Positions 25,283-36,650 of a DNA stretch of 64,000 bases are shown piece by piece. The stretch spans positions 16,680,001 through 16,744,000 of the forward strand of contig NC_087437.1 in the NCBI RefSeq assembly GCF_036321535.1. Reading direction: 5' to 3'. The notes beneath the pieces were generated by a model. It ran no database searches. It saw only the letters and a program-made list of their open reading frames with translations, and had not been told where the DNA came from. Source of the DNA: Camelus dromedarius. Taxonomy: Eukaryota. Position numbers and translations under genes: made by a program. How positions within the stretch are numbered: the first letter of the stretch is position 1; the number at the start of each line of letters is the position of its first letter.

Positions 25283-26213
25283 TATTTTTTTTATTGAGTT
25301 AAAATTTACATAACATAAAATTAACCATTTTAAAGTGTACAATTCAGTGAGTCTCAGTACATTTACAGTGTTGTGCAACCATCACCATTATTTAATTACA
25401 GAACATTTTTATCACCCCAAAAGGAAACCCTGAACCCATTAAGCAGTCACTCCCCATTCCTCTCTCCCCTTATTTCCTGGAAAACACCAATTTGCTCTCT
25501 TTCTCTACAGAATTGTCTATTTCAGAGCACATATAAATGGAGTTACACAGTATGTGACTTTTTATGTCTGGCTTCTTTCATTTAGCCTAATATTTACAAG
25601 GTTCATTTGTATTGTAGCATGTATTCCTTCAAATAATATTCATTTCTTTGATTGAATAATAATTCCGTTAAATGGATATACCACATTTTGTTATCGGTTT
25701 ATCAATTGGTAGACATTTTGGTTGTTTAAACTTTTTGGCTATTGTAAATAGTGCTGCCAAGAGCATTTGTGTACGAGTTTTAGCTTGAATGTCTGTTTCA
25801 GTTCTTTTGTGTGTCTATCGAAGAGTGGAATTGCTGGGTCATATGTTAATTCTATTTAACTTTTTGAGGAACCACCAAACTGTTTTCCACAGCAACTGTA
25901 CCATTTTACATTTTCACTATCAGTGTTCAGAAGTTCTGGTTTCTTCATGTCCTTGTCAACACTTGTTATTTTCTGGTTTTGGGTTATTGCCATCCGAGAG
26001 AATATTAAGTGATGCCTCATCATGATTTTGATTTGCACTTTCCTAATGACTAATGATACTGTGCATTTTTTATGTGCTTCTTGGCCATTTGTATATCTTC
26101 CTTGACAGATACCTATTCAAGTTCTTTACCCATTTTCTAATTGGACTGTTTGTCTTTTTGTTGTTGAGCAGTTAAGAGTTCTTTATATATTCTGGATACT
26201 AGACCCCTGTCAG
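25283..26213 (-). mobile_element. Old L1 (L1MB-like) 3' fragment inserted in the Gypsy integrase
   Basis: Poly-T start, ACATAACATAAAATTAACCATTTTAAAGTGTACAATTCAGTG 3' UTR; DRGLVSRIYKELL ORF2 motif. Confidence 0.9.
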
Positions 26214-26330
26214 ATCCTTCAGCAACCACTGGAAGTCTTCCATCTGGTGCACAGTGAGTCATGACATAGCTAGAGGGCTGGGATCCATGTTGTACCCTGG
26301 GTACAGTTACACGCCCCCAAGGTGCATTAG
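26213..26330 (-). pseudogene. Gypsy integrase N-terminal (HHCC) region
   Basis: WGRVTVP / AL*LCHDS (LCHDSL at 26269-26252) / FQWLLKD (cf. grlyVP....vl..cHDs..aGH.G...fwWp.m.kD); cut by an L1 at about 26213. Confidence 0.7.
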
Positions 26331-26384
26331 GTTTTTGGAGAGATTGTACCCGTCCAGAATTAAAAGTGTATTTTCTTGTAGATC

Positions 26385-26540
26385 GTGTATTTGTCAAATT
26401 CTGTAGCTATTCCTCTCAAATTTAAGGCTAGCTACTATAAGTATGTAAGGCATAGTTTTCCAAACTAGAGTTTTCAGACATGAAGAGAAGAATAAAGGCG
26501 TTTCTCTTTAATGGACCAAGAATTCTCACATTTTACTGTT
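26385..26540 (-). pseudogene. Gypsy RT C-terminal palm/thumb remnant
   Basis: NVRILGPLKRN / KRLYSSLHV*KL*FGKLCLTYL**LALNLRGIATEFDK (cf. HVr.VLqrLren.Lyak.eKc.F....v.yLGyiis.eGi.mdp.K). Confidence 0.55.
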
Positions 26541-26599
26541 TACTGTATCAGCTTTTAAACTTCTAGAGTTAAGACTGTTTACTAATTGAACAGCTAGTG

Positions 26600-27830
26600 A
26601 TCTCATTTAGTTCAATCAACAAATATTTATTGAGTTACCACTATGTGCCACGCACAGTACTAGATACTAGAGACACAGTGCCTCATAATATAAGACCAGC
26701 GCCTCTCTTGACCCTGTATCCCCCTCCAGATCTGTTCCTCTCTGTTGTCTAATGCACTGAGTTTCAGCTCGTTTCCACCGGTGTCTCTTGAGTCCATGCT
26801 AATCAGGCCTTTACCCTCCACATTGCTAACTACAGTGAGTAAGTTTCAGTATTTTTCTTACTTGACCTTTCAACAGCATTTTGCACAGTTGATTATTCCT
26901 CTTTCTTTGAAATGCTTTCTTCGCTTGGCTTCCAGAACACTACATTCTCTGGATTTCCTCCTACCTCATTAGTGGTTCTTTCTCAGTCTTTTTGCTTGTT
27001 CCTCATCATCTTCCTGACCTCTGAAAGTTAGAGCACTGTTTACTCCTCAAACCTCTGTTCTTCCTTATCAACCCTATTTCCTTGGCATTTCACCCAGTCT
27101 TATGACCTTAAATACTATCTGTATACCAACTCTACCACCAAAGACTACCAAATTTTTTCTCCAAGTTAGAGACCTGTCCTCTGAATCTCACACTCTGGTA
27201 TCAAAGTACCTACTTGGGCTCTCCATTTGGATAACTAACAGACATATCAAAACTGAACTCCTGATCTTCCCCTGCAAAACTTGCTCTTCCCACAGCCTGC
27301 CGCATCTCCATAAATAGCAGCTCCATTCTTCCGCTAGCCCAGGCCAAAAACCTTGGTGTCGTCTTTGACTGTCTTCTTTTGCTTCATCCTATGTTCAGTC
27401 TATCAGCAAACCCTGTTGGATTTACCTTCAGAACATATCTAGAATTGGTCACATCCCACATCCCTACTGCTTCCACCTTGTCTGAACGACCATTATATCT
27501 CACCTGGATTATTACCATAGGCTGTTTCCCTGCATCTGTCCTTGTTCTCCTAGAATCTGTTCTCAACACAGCAGCTAGAGGGACCCTGTAAAAGTTCTCA
27601 GCTCAGAGACTTTAACCCTGACCTACAAGGGCCTACATAATCTAAACCCGCCTTTCCTCTCTGACCCCATCTCCTACTCCCTTCCCCTGTGCTTACTTTG
27701 TCCCAGTCACAGGTGGTGCCTTGTTCTTCCTTCAACAAAGCAGCTGCATTCCTGCCCCAGGACCTTCACTTTCCCCTAATAATTACAAAGCTCCCTCCCT
27801 CAGGTCTTTGCTAAAGTTCATCTTCCCCAG
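26600..27830 (+). mobile_element. L2 fragments inserted in the Gypsy RT (a short antisense 3' end at about 26605-26680, then sense L2)
   Basis: CAACAAATATTTATTGAG...; CTTGACCTTTCAACAGCATT...AAAACTGAACTCCTGATCTTCCC...CTCACCTGGATTATTAC. Confidence 0.85.
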
Positions 27831-27889
27831 CACTCCATTCCCTTTCAAGCTCTTCTTCCCAGAGTTCTCAGCAGTCTGGGTGTTCCTCC

Positions 27890-28217
27890 CACCCACCAAA
27901 ACTGAGCACTGAGGCTATTTCTCTCCCCCAATTTGTTTATTCATCTTTAAGCTTCAGTTTGAACCAAGTCCCTCCAGTTTAAAAAAGAGAAAAGAAAAAG
28001 GGAAAAAAAAGCAGCTTGAAAACTGCTTGTTTGTGAGGTTTGAAATAAAAAGCAAAGATTAGTGGCTGTGAATCGGTATGTCACTAAGGACTTACAAGTC
28101 GTAGCAAAGGCACACTTAGCCCTTCCGTTTTGTGATCACGGGCACATTCCCTATTTCACAGCCTTGGGGATGGAGCCCTGGAATCCTCCTTGTGAGTATT
28201 GATGAGCACAGCACTTC
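27890..28217 (-). pseudogene. Gypsy reverse transcriptase N-terminal motifs
   Basis: VITKRKG*VCLCYDL*VLSDIPIHSH*SLLFISNL (28139-28035; cf. vkKKdGslRlCiDyr.LN.itikn.yplPlIseL), then FFKLEGLGSN*SLKM (cf. FtKlDlrgaYnliri) after a T-rich expansion. Confidence 0.75.
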
Positions 28218-29278
28218 TACCAGTGTCAAGCCCCTCTCAAGCACTGTGGCTCAGGTGTCAGCATTTTGTCTTCTCAGCATAGTATGTCTTAGCAATCTTG
28301 GCATTCTCCTGGCAGTCTGGTTGGGACCTCTCTCCCATGGCAGGCCCTGCCTAGTGAGTGGAGATTCACTCAGTGCTAGCAGCAGTACTGGAATTCAGGT
28401 ATTAAAGGCAGTTAAGAGTTCCACATAATGGAGAGAGTTTGTTGATTTTACTCTGAAATGCCTCAGACCCTAAAGAGAAGGGTAACAGATCACATCCAAT
28501 GACAGACTCTCTGAATAGCAAGTTCAAAGGCTTCATCTAGGTCATTGTTTCTCAGCCTGTCTGCAAACCTCCAGGCCTTCATGAGGGCCCTCTGGTGGGA
28601 TCATGTTATTAAAGGCTGGAATGATTTTGGTTTATTATTTTAAAAGACAATGCATTATTTCTAATGAATTTTTGACCAAACAAGTATTGTATGAATATAT
28701 TCTCCTTGCCTCTGCTCTTTTCCTGGATAAGCTAATTTCCTAGATGACAAAAAATTAGATAAATAAATGATGCAATTTCAGGTTGTGGTAATAGTGCTCT
28801 GAAGAAAATTAAGTAGGGCTATTTCCCTAATGATGAACACTTGGGTCGTTTCCAATTTTCTCTCTTTTAAACATTACTGCAATGAACGTCCTTGTACTTA
28901 TGCAAATATGTGAATGTTTATATTGTATAGAATTACTGGGTCATATAATCAGAGAATCAAAATTTTAATAGATAATGCCAAATTGGTCCTCAAGGTGTCT
29001 ATATTAATATTATGTAACTATATAATATGTACTACAATTAAAAGCAGTAATGTGTTTAAGTTTTTTAATAAATAAAATACTTTTATTACTTTTAGTTGCA
29101 CTAGGAATATAGAATATATTCTCTTGGTTAAAGAAGAATTAACAAAGGCTAAAAATCCTCATGCCTTCACGAGTTTGCAAATTTCTACATCTCTCAAAAA
29201 TTTTTTAAACTCCTCTCTCCTTGTTTTAATTTTTATCTCTCTGTGGTTAAGTATCTTTTCTCAAGTTTTTCACCATTT

Positions 29279-29295
29279 GTCTGTCTGTCTGTCTG

Positions 29296-29338
<43 letters not shown>

Positions 29339-29340
29339 CT
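29279..29340 (+). repeat. (GTCT)n(CTTT)n microsatellite
   Basis: Directly visible tandem tetramers. Confidence 0.95.
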
Positions 29341-29344
29341 ATTT

Positions 29345-29800
29345 GGATTGCATAGCAAAGATGCTAGTTACCTCCCATGATCCATTCTTCTTTCATCTTT
29401 AGTGATAGGAACCCCAGCTTTTAGCCAGGTCCATTGCTGCCCATCTAGAAGACTATATTCCTTGGCTTCCTTGGAACTAAGTATAACCATGTAAGTTTTA
29501 GCAATGATACATAAGCAGAAGGGTTTGGTGTGAGTTTCTGAAGTCTCCTTCAAGGGAGAAAGCAATCCCTCATCCCTTCACCCATCCTATATATTAGAAC
29601 AGAGGTGTAATGACTGGAGCTCTAACAGCCATCCTAGACCATGAGGACCATGGTGGTAGCTTAATGAGCCAGAAAGTCTGGGTTGGAGCATTTCATGGAG
29701 CTGCTGCACCAGCTTTCAACTTCTTTTGTGTAAGAGAGAAATTTAACATCTGTTTTCTTTAAGCACTCTTATTTTTGTTATTTTTTTTTCTGTTAAATGC
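29345..29800 (+). mobile_element. MaLR LTR (MLT1-like)
   Basis: GCTCTAACAGCCATCCTAGACCATGAGG...TAAGAGAGAAATT...TTTAAGCAC. Confidence 0.7.
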
Positions 29801-30169
29801 AGCATAGCAGATACTTCTTATTTATTTATAGAAGTTCTTTGAGTTCTAGATACTCATTCTTTATTTATGAAAATGGTGCATTTTTCTCCAATCTGTTACA
29901 GTCCTCTTTCTTTGTTAGTAGCAGTTTATAATTTTGATGTCAGATTTACCTGCCTTTGCCTTTATGGCTTTTGACTTTACTGACTTTTTTTTTCCTTTAC
30001 TAACTTTTTAATGGATGTCTTTCGTGCCCTGAAGATATAAACATGGAATGTTACGTTTTCTTATACTTTAACATAAAATTTTAAGTCTTTAATTCACCTG
30101 GAATTTATTTTTGTGAATAGTGTAAGGGAAGAATCTTATTCAGCTGGCTATTCATTTGAATAATAATAA

Positions 30170-31810
30170 TAATTTGCCAAGACCAATACCACAGAGCTTA
30201 TTGCCTATGTTTTCTTCTAGGAATTTTATGATTTTAGGTCTTATATTCAAGTCTTGAATCCATTTTGAGTTAATTTTTGTGTATAGTGTAAATAGGGGTT
30301 CAGTTTCACTGTTTTCCATATGGCTGTCCAATTTTTCCAGCATCGTGTATTGAATAGACTGTTTTCCCCATTGCATATTCTTGGCTGTTTTGTCATAAAT
30401 TAACTAGCCGCATATGTGTGGGTTTATTTTTGAATTCTGTTCCATTGATCTGTGTCCATTTTTACTCCAATACCACACTATTTTGATTATTATAGCTTTA
30501 TAATATATTTTAAAATCAGGTAGTATGATGCCTCCAGTTTTGTTCTTCTTTCTCAAGATTGCTTTGGCTATTTGGGGTCTTTTGTTTGGGTTCCATACAA
30601 ATTTTAGGATTGTTTGTTTTATTTCTGTGAGAAATGCCATTGGAATTTTGATAGGATTTGCAATGAAACTGTAGATTGCTTTGGATAATTAATATTTTTT
30701 TAGTTTTTTATTAAATTACTATTAATTTTCCCAACTCACAAACATGGAATATCTTTCCATTTTTTGTGTCTTCAGTTTCCTTCATCAGTGTCTTTTAGTA
30801 CTTCAGTGTACTCATCTTTAACCTCTTTGGTAAAATTTATTACTAGGTCTTTTATCCTTTTTAATTCAGTTATAAATGGGATTATTTTCTAAATTTCTCT
30901 TTCTGATAGTTTATTATTAATGTGTAGAAGTGAAACTGATTTTTGTATTGATTTTGTGTCCTGCAACTTTACTGAATTTGTTTAATAGTTCTAACAGTTT
31001 TTTGATGGAGTCTTTAGGGTTTTCTGTATATAATACTATATCATCTGTAAATAGAGATAGTTTTATTTCTTTCTTTCTGAGTTTGATGCTTTATTTCTTT
31101 TTCTTGCCTAATTGCTGTGGCTAGGACTTCAAATACTATGTTGAATAAAAATGGTAAGAGTGGGCATCCTTGTTCTCAGTCTTAGAAGAAAAGCTTTAAA
31201 CTTTTCACTGTTGAGTCTCATGTTAGCTATGGGCTTGTCATATATGGCCTTTTTTATGTTGAGATACATTCTCTCTTTCCCTATTTGAGAATTTTTCTCA
31301 TGAATGGATTGCAGATGTGTTTTCTGCATTTATTGAGATGATCACTTTTTATCCTTCATTTTGTTAATGTGATGTATATATCACATTGATTGGTGGATGT
31401 GGAACTATCCTTGCATCCCTGGAACAGATTCCACTTGACCAAAGTGTGTGATTCTTTTACTATATTGTTGATTTCAGTTTGCTACTGTTTTGCTGAGAAT
31501 TTTTATCTCATCTTTGTTCATCGAGGATATTGGCCTGTGATTTTCTTTTCCTGTAGTGTCCTTGTCTGGTTTAATTAAAGGTAATACTGGCCACATAAAA
31601 TGAGTTTGGAAGGGGGGAGGGTATAGCTCAGGTGGTAGAGCACATGCCTAGCATGCCTGAGGTCCTGGGTTCAAGCCCTGAAAAATCAAATAAATAAATC
31701 AATCTAATTACCTCCCCCCTGCAAAAAATAAAAATAAAAATAAATTAAGAAATAAAATGAGTTAGGAAATACTCCCTCCTCTTCTGTTTTTTTGGAAGAG
31801 TTTAAGGACC
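30170..31810 (-). mobile_element. L1 ORF2 fragment
   Basis: [60 protein letters not shown]. Confidence 0.92.
31612..31751 (+). mobile_element. tRNA-derived SINE (Vic-1-like) inserted in L1
   Basis: A/B boxes and the same body as the 4640 copy; TSD ATAAAATGAGTTWGGAA at 31595-31611 and 31752-31768. Confidence 0.9.
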
Positions 31811-31859
31811 ATTATACTGTTTTTAAGAGTTGTTCTTAGTCGTAAGTATAATTTAGTTT

Positions 31860-33227
31860 GTACCCATAATGGACTGTTGGTTAAAGATGGAACATGTGTA
31901 AAACACATGTCAGAATATCATAAATTAATGTGAAGCATGAAAATGATAATTCTGCAAAAGTATTTCAAGATGCCTCTTATGAAATATGTTAAGTTGCATT
32001 CATCTGTCAAAATTTTTATGAAACATCAAGATGTTTCTAATACTTTAAAAACTACATGATTAAAGGAAGTTGGATGATGGGTATAAGGGAATTCTCTGTA
32101 CTCTCTTTGCGGTTCTTCTGAAAATCTGTCATTATTTCAAAATAAAAAGAGTTTTAAAATTATTTTAAATTAAAAAAAAATTAGCCAGGCATGCCTTATG
32201 TTTAAAGTCACAGAAGTATTCATACATGCATGTAAGTGGCATTTGCTATTTCCTCTTCTTAAAGCCACTCTAGAAAATAATTTCAGATTGGTTCACCAAA
32301 TACAAATAGCAAGATAAAGATACTGTATTGAATATCATGAAGCTTAGGAGGTGTCTAATCAAATTAAGATGCTTTCATTTCTAAAATGGATTGTCATTTG
32401 AAAGACTCCATTGGTATTAAATAAGGAAGAGATTTTTGCTCTGAAAAAGAATTCATTTTCAACTTACTATGCCACTGGTGTTACAGACAGCTGGATGTTT
32501 ATTTACTATAATTGATCATACTCTGTTAGGTGTTTAAATTTCTAAAAAGGGAAGATTTAAACATTTGAAATACAAAAAAGAAAAAAAGAAAAGATTGTTC
32601 TATGCAACTGGCTTTTTATTTATTGGTGATAAAGATCTGCAGTGTATTTGTGTTTGCTGAGAACTTCTCTGAGAGAGCAGCATGAAACCATTTGTCCTGC
32701 CTTGATGTTTAAAAACTAAACCTCTGAATTATCAAAATAAGCAGTTAATTTTTTATAAAATCAAAACGGAAGAATTCCAACTATCAGGTTTTTAAAGTTT
32801 GTTTATTTTGGATGCTATAACGCAGATTAAACTTCAGGCTACATTTCAATATACATTTGGTACCAAGTCTGTCTTTTAATTTAATACATTTGGTTGTAAA
32901 TCAATCCATCTTTTAATTTTTGACAATTTTATTTGACAACTTGTGATTTTCTTTACGTGATAAAACAGTTCATGTACTGTGAGCAAAAGTCAAAATTTGT
33001 CATTAAATATTATCAGTATAGTTTTATCAATATAATTAAAGATGTTGCCACATGAACTTTATAATAAAGCTTTAGTAATATCCTGATCTAAGATGAAATA
33101 TTTTTACTTAAAATTGCTTTATCTTATGTCATACAAAAGATTTTTTAATAATTTTAAAAATTCCTAAGGAGGTTTGCAATGTTATTTTTTGAAGTGTTTA
33201 TTGGTCAAAAAAGGTTGAGAAACACTG
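31860..33227. mobile_element. hAT/Charlie-type DNA transposon relic
   Basis: AT-rich block ending in a hAT-like terminus AAAGGTTGAGAAACACTG; left boundary uncertain. Confidence 0.55.
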
Positions 33228-33315
33228 ATCTTCATTGAAGGCCTGATCACTGAAATTGTACTGACTGATGTCTGATTGGGCCTGGATCCAGAATGGCCAG
33301 CCTGGAAAAGATATG

Positions 33316-33480
33316 TACCATCATCAGAGGGCAGGTACAGGATGTGTCATATGATGGGGCCCTTTAACTGAAGAACACAGCATTGATGCTCACTTTTAGG
33401 AGGGCAATAATTTCCCCCTTTCAATCCATGTTGTTGCTTTGCTCTTAAAAGTGGGTAGATGGACACATGTATTGATCAAC
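33316..33480 (-). pseudogene. Gypsy protease-RT linker
   Basis: KLLP/PKSEHQCCVLQLKGPII*HILYLPSDD (cf. LPPhRpyDcaIdL.pGa.ip.grlYplS). Confidence 0.5.
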
Positions 33481-33747
33481 TGCCCCATTATAATCAGATT
33501 AGAATATGTGAAAGATTCTGGGCTGCTAAAAACCAGGGTAAGTATCCATTACACATGATGATGATTTTTTGGCTACAGATTAAATGAAGAGAGACCAAGA
33601 GAGGGAAGGCAGTAGAGTATAATGAAAGCTAGAGCTGAAAGAAAAATGGAGAGAGAAGATCGATGAAGGTGTACGTTTACCTGTCATAGAAAATGATTGG
33701 TTTCAAGGAGTAAATATCCACTTAAAGGTATATGAGTAATAAGTGTT

Positions 33748-33852
33748 AGGGATGGGTTTAGCTCAGGGGTAGATAGAACACATGCTTAGCATCCATGAGG
33801 TCCTAGGTTCAAACCCCAATGCCTCCTTTTTTTTTTAAAAAAAAAAAAAAAA
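33748..33852 (+). mobile_element. Short tRNA-derived SINE (Vic-1-like)
   Basis: TAGCTCAGGGG...GGTTCAAACC followed by a T/A tail. Confidence 0.8.
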
Positions 33853-34714
33853 GGTTGTTTATAGTAACACAGAGAGCACATCAGTTCACTGCAGTTTTAT
33901 TAAGTACAGCCAGCCATCATGGAAACTGAACATGCTTTCCTCTCTCTTTCCATCTGTATTATATATGCTCTGTTTTAACACCAGCTTCTTCTGCCATGTT
34001 ACTTATCATGGATGCCTTACAGCAGTGGGCTCAGCCATCAAATCTGTAGGACTTTAAGATCCAGAGCTCGCAACTAATTGCCAATGTTTCAGTACTTCAA
34101 TTCCAAGTCCCCAGGAGAGAAAACATGATTGGCCTACCTTGAGTCAGTGTCCCAACTAAACTTGACTAGGGATTGGAAAGCATGTTACATATAAAGTTCT
34201 ACCTAGCCTGTGGACAAGACAGGTCTCTCAGAAGTAGGGACATCTCTTGTTCAGTACATAGGAGGAAAGGCTTGTTTGAAAAGGAATTAATTGGTGCCCT
34301 GAGCTCTGGGGAAAAGAAGAGAGGATTATAAAATATGTACCCACCCCCCTTACCAACAAAAAGACAGAGTATAATAGAAAAGGAAGATTAGGTCAGTTCA
34401 CCACATGAACCACTCTGTAACCCTAGGCAACTTTGTTGCCCCGGTTATCTTTATGGCTGATTCCCACCCAGTAGGAATGAGGGTCCTAGGAGGTGAAATG
34501 AAGTAAATGTCTAAAACTTTTCAGAATAGAAACAAAAATTTCCGTAAGACCTGCACCATAATACCTATCAAGATTTAGATACCTTAGGCCAAAGTCTGTT
34601 TCCCAGTCACAATCATCATAAAAATCTATTTAGACAGATGACAAACCAGACTGGAGAGCTCCATGAAGTTCCCTTCAGCTCACCTAGTTTGGTAACCACT
34701 GACATTCAAACGTT

Positions 34715-34965
34715 CTGGTCCACCGATGTAGTGGGATTCGGTTTGTTTTGAGCCCTTCATGCATAGCACAGGTGAGTAGTAACAGGGTCATTCATTAGGA
34801 GGAACACCACCAGGGGTAGGTGTACTGCGCGACAATGCTACCAGCAGAAGCTCTTAATGGTCTCCAGTCATCAGTTGAGGGACCAAGACTTGGTTGACAA
34901 AATGTTCTCAGATGGTTGGGTAAGCAAGTGCCTATGCAGGAATGCATTCTCTAGGGATTTGAACA
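34715..34965 (-). pseudogene. Gypsy aspartic protease remnant
   Basis: VQIPRECIPA*ALAYPTI*EHFVNQVLVPQL (cf. vqAllDSGAtgnFid..lv.ql), then, across frameshifts, FLLMNDP / YSPVLCMKG / NP / YIG (cf. F.v..sP..pvvLGmpWL..hNP.IdW). The catalytic DSG is lost. Confidence 0.6.
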
Positions 34966-34979
34966 TAGGTTAACTAAAT

Positions 34980-35425
34980 TTGATCAGGCTGATAAAGGGC
35001 CCCCTTGCTGGTGAGCCAGAGATCTATTGATGAATAGACTTTTGTAAAAGAACTTTCCTAGCTATAGTACAAGCGTAATCGATCCTCCTGTTGGCAGTCT
35101 TTCTCAGTGTGTGTTGGGAGGGAGTGTGGGGTCTTGAAACTCTAGTGGGTTGTCTTCTGTACTTTGCCTCTCAGTACTTGGGCATTCATGACAGGGGCCA
35201 GGGGTGCTGGATTTACGTTCAAGGAATATGCTTAAACCTTTTCATCAGGTAAAATGCAAGATTAAGCTAAGCAGTTACCAGAAATATCCAAGAGGGCCAC
35301 TTCATTCTAGGTGGTATCAATCAGCCCCTCCTTAAACTAGTTTTAAAAGGTGACTTTTTTCCTAGCCTAAGTCTCATCCAAAGAAATAGAAACGGTAGTA
35401 TATTAGCAAGTTGCTTCCTTCTCTT
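34980..35425 (-). pseudogene. Gypsy gag C-terminal part (MHR-like region, capsid end, decayed CCHC knuckle)
   Basis: EGSNLLIYYRFYFFG*DLG*EK; FKEGLIDTT*NEVALLDISGNCLA*SCILPDEKV (F at 35334-35336); LPTHTEKDCQQEDRLRLYYS*ESSFTKVYS aligns by eye with LTxEEKERRRxxxLCLYCGxxGHxxxxCP, with Cys codons mutated (CGC, TAT). Confidence 0.8.
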
Positions 35426-35449
35426 TTTTCTCCTCTTTCTCATTAAGTT

Positions 35450-36050
35450 CTTCCTCTATACCAGGCACTGTTCTGGTGTTGGGATACAGGGTAAACAAGG
35501 CAAACAAGATCCTTGCCCTTGTGGAGTGTACATTCTATTGCATGGGTTAAATACAGTAAATGTGTAAACAGTAAAACAATTACAGATACTGATAAGTGCT
35601 GTGCAGATAGTAAACTAGGTAATGGGGTAGAAAGTAATGAAATGGGGCCTTGGTCAAGGCTGTTGGAGGAACCAAACCAAAGGCCAAGGGAGAACAGTAC
35701 AAGATGAGGTCAGGAAAGCGATGCGTAGATTCTGGAGCTATACTAGGCCATGGGTGAGGACTTTGAGTATTGTTCAAAATGAAGTAGGTAACCATTGAAG
35801 TGATTTTTAAATAGGAGACTTTAAATCTTCTAAATTTAAAATAGAGTGATTTGCTCTGATTTGTATTACTGTAGTTGTGCAGTTTGGAGAATGACTGGCT
35901 TATGGGGGTGGGTGGCAAGGGTAGAAGCAGAGAGACCAGTTAGAAGTCCTTAACAGTAGTGCAGGCTTGATAATTTGGGCCAGGATTCTAGCAGAATTCT
36001 AATGAGAAGTGGTCGAAACTGAGAGAGATTTTGGAGATAGGGTTGACAGG
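35450..36050 (-). mobile_element. L2 3' fragment inserted in the Gypsy gag
   Basis: CCAGGCACTGTTCTG...GGGATACAG...GCCCTTGTGGAG...AGAAGCAGAGAGACCAGTTAG. Confidence 0.85.
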
Positions 36051-36650
36051 CCTTACTGAGTGAGCTTATTTCCTGAATATGGCCTACAAATATGTCAGAT
36101 GGCCATTTCACTTTTATGGATTTCCAAACATCTACCAAGGTATCTGTAAAAAGACCTATTGCCCCAGTAAGGTACTCTGATTGTATATGTACTAGACTAT
36201 TTGGGTTGTCTGTCTGTAATTAATAACAAACCCTTGCTGGACCTCATCTGTAGAATACAGAAATCCCTTAGTCCCACATGTAGAATGTCAACTGAATGAA
36301 GAACTTTGGGACTATCTTAGGGTTCTCATCATCTCATTCAGGGTACTTGAGGCCAAATGACAGGTTGATGATGCTTGGTGGCTGCCCTGACCCTGACTTT
36401 TAGACATGGACCTGTCAGCTCAGTCTGATATAACAACAAATACAAAGCAAATCATGAACAACCTACTTGGTCTATTACAGCAGATAACTTTTCATTCTCA
36501 GCTCTCATGCTCTCAAATTTCTGACTCTCTGCTCAACCTCTATACCTTCTTCTGAACTTTTGGGTTGGATGCCCATCATGTCTCCCCTCTTGGCTTCCTG
36601 CAGTCAAACCTTGTTATCAGCTCTGTTTTCCTGTATGATCTCAGCATCCT
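36050..36650 (-). pseudogene. Gypsy gag N-terminal part (coiled-coil-like segment and capsid start)
   Basis: MRAENEKLSAVIDQV; YPE*DDENPKIVPKFFIQLTFYM (about 36346-36277); LYSTDEVQQGFVINY; NQSTLLGQ*VFLQ...MFGNP. Resembles the PExFdG..lpeFi.Q...ym...f..d..kv.fvis..sPll..y..Fl.em...F..P pattern of Sushi/PEG10/RTL gag. Confidence 0.8.

Larger units (their letters stand above)
24032..36650 (-). mobile_element. Fragmented fossil Ty3/Gypsy (Sushi-like chromovirus) LTR retrotransposon: gag-PR-RT-IN-chromodomain-PPT-LTR
   Basis: Manual minus-strand translation gives degenerate gag, protease, RT, integrase and chromodomain motifs in Gypsy order, with many stops and frameshifts. Interrupted by L2, L1, MLT, hAT and SINE insertions; see sub-features. 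Confidence 0.85.
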
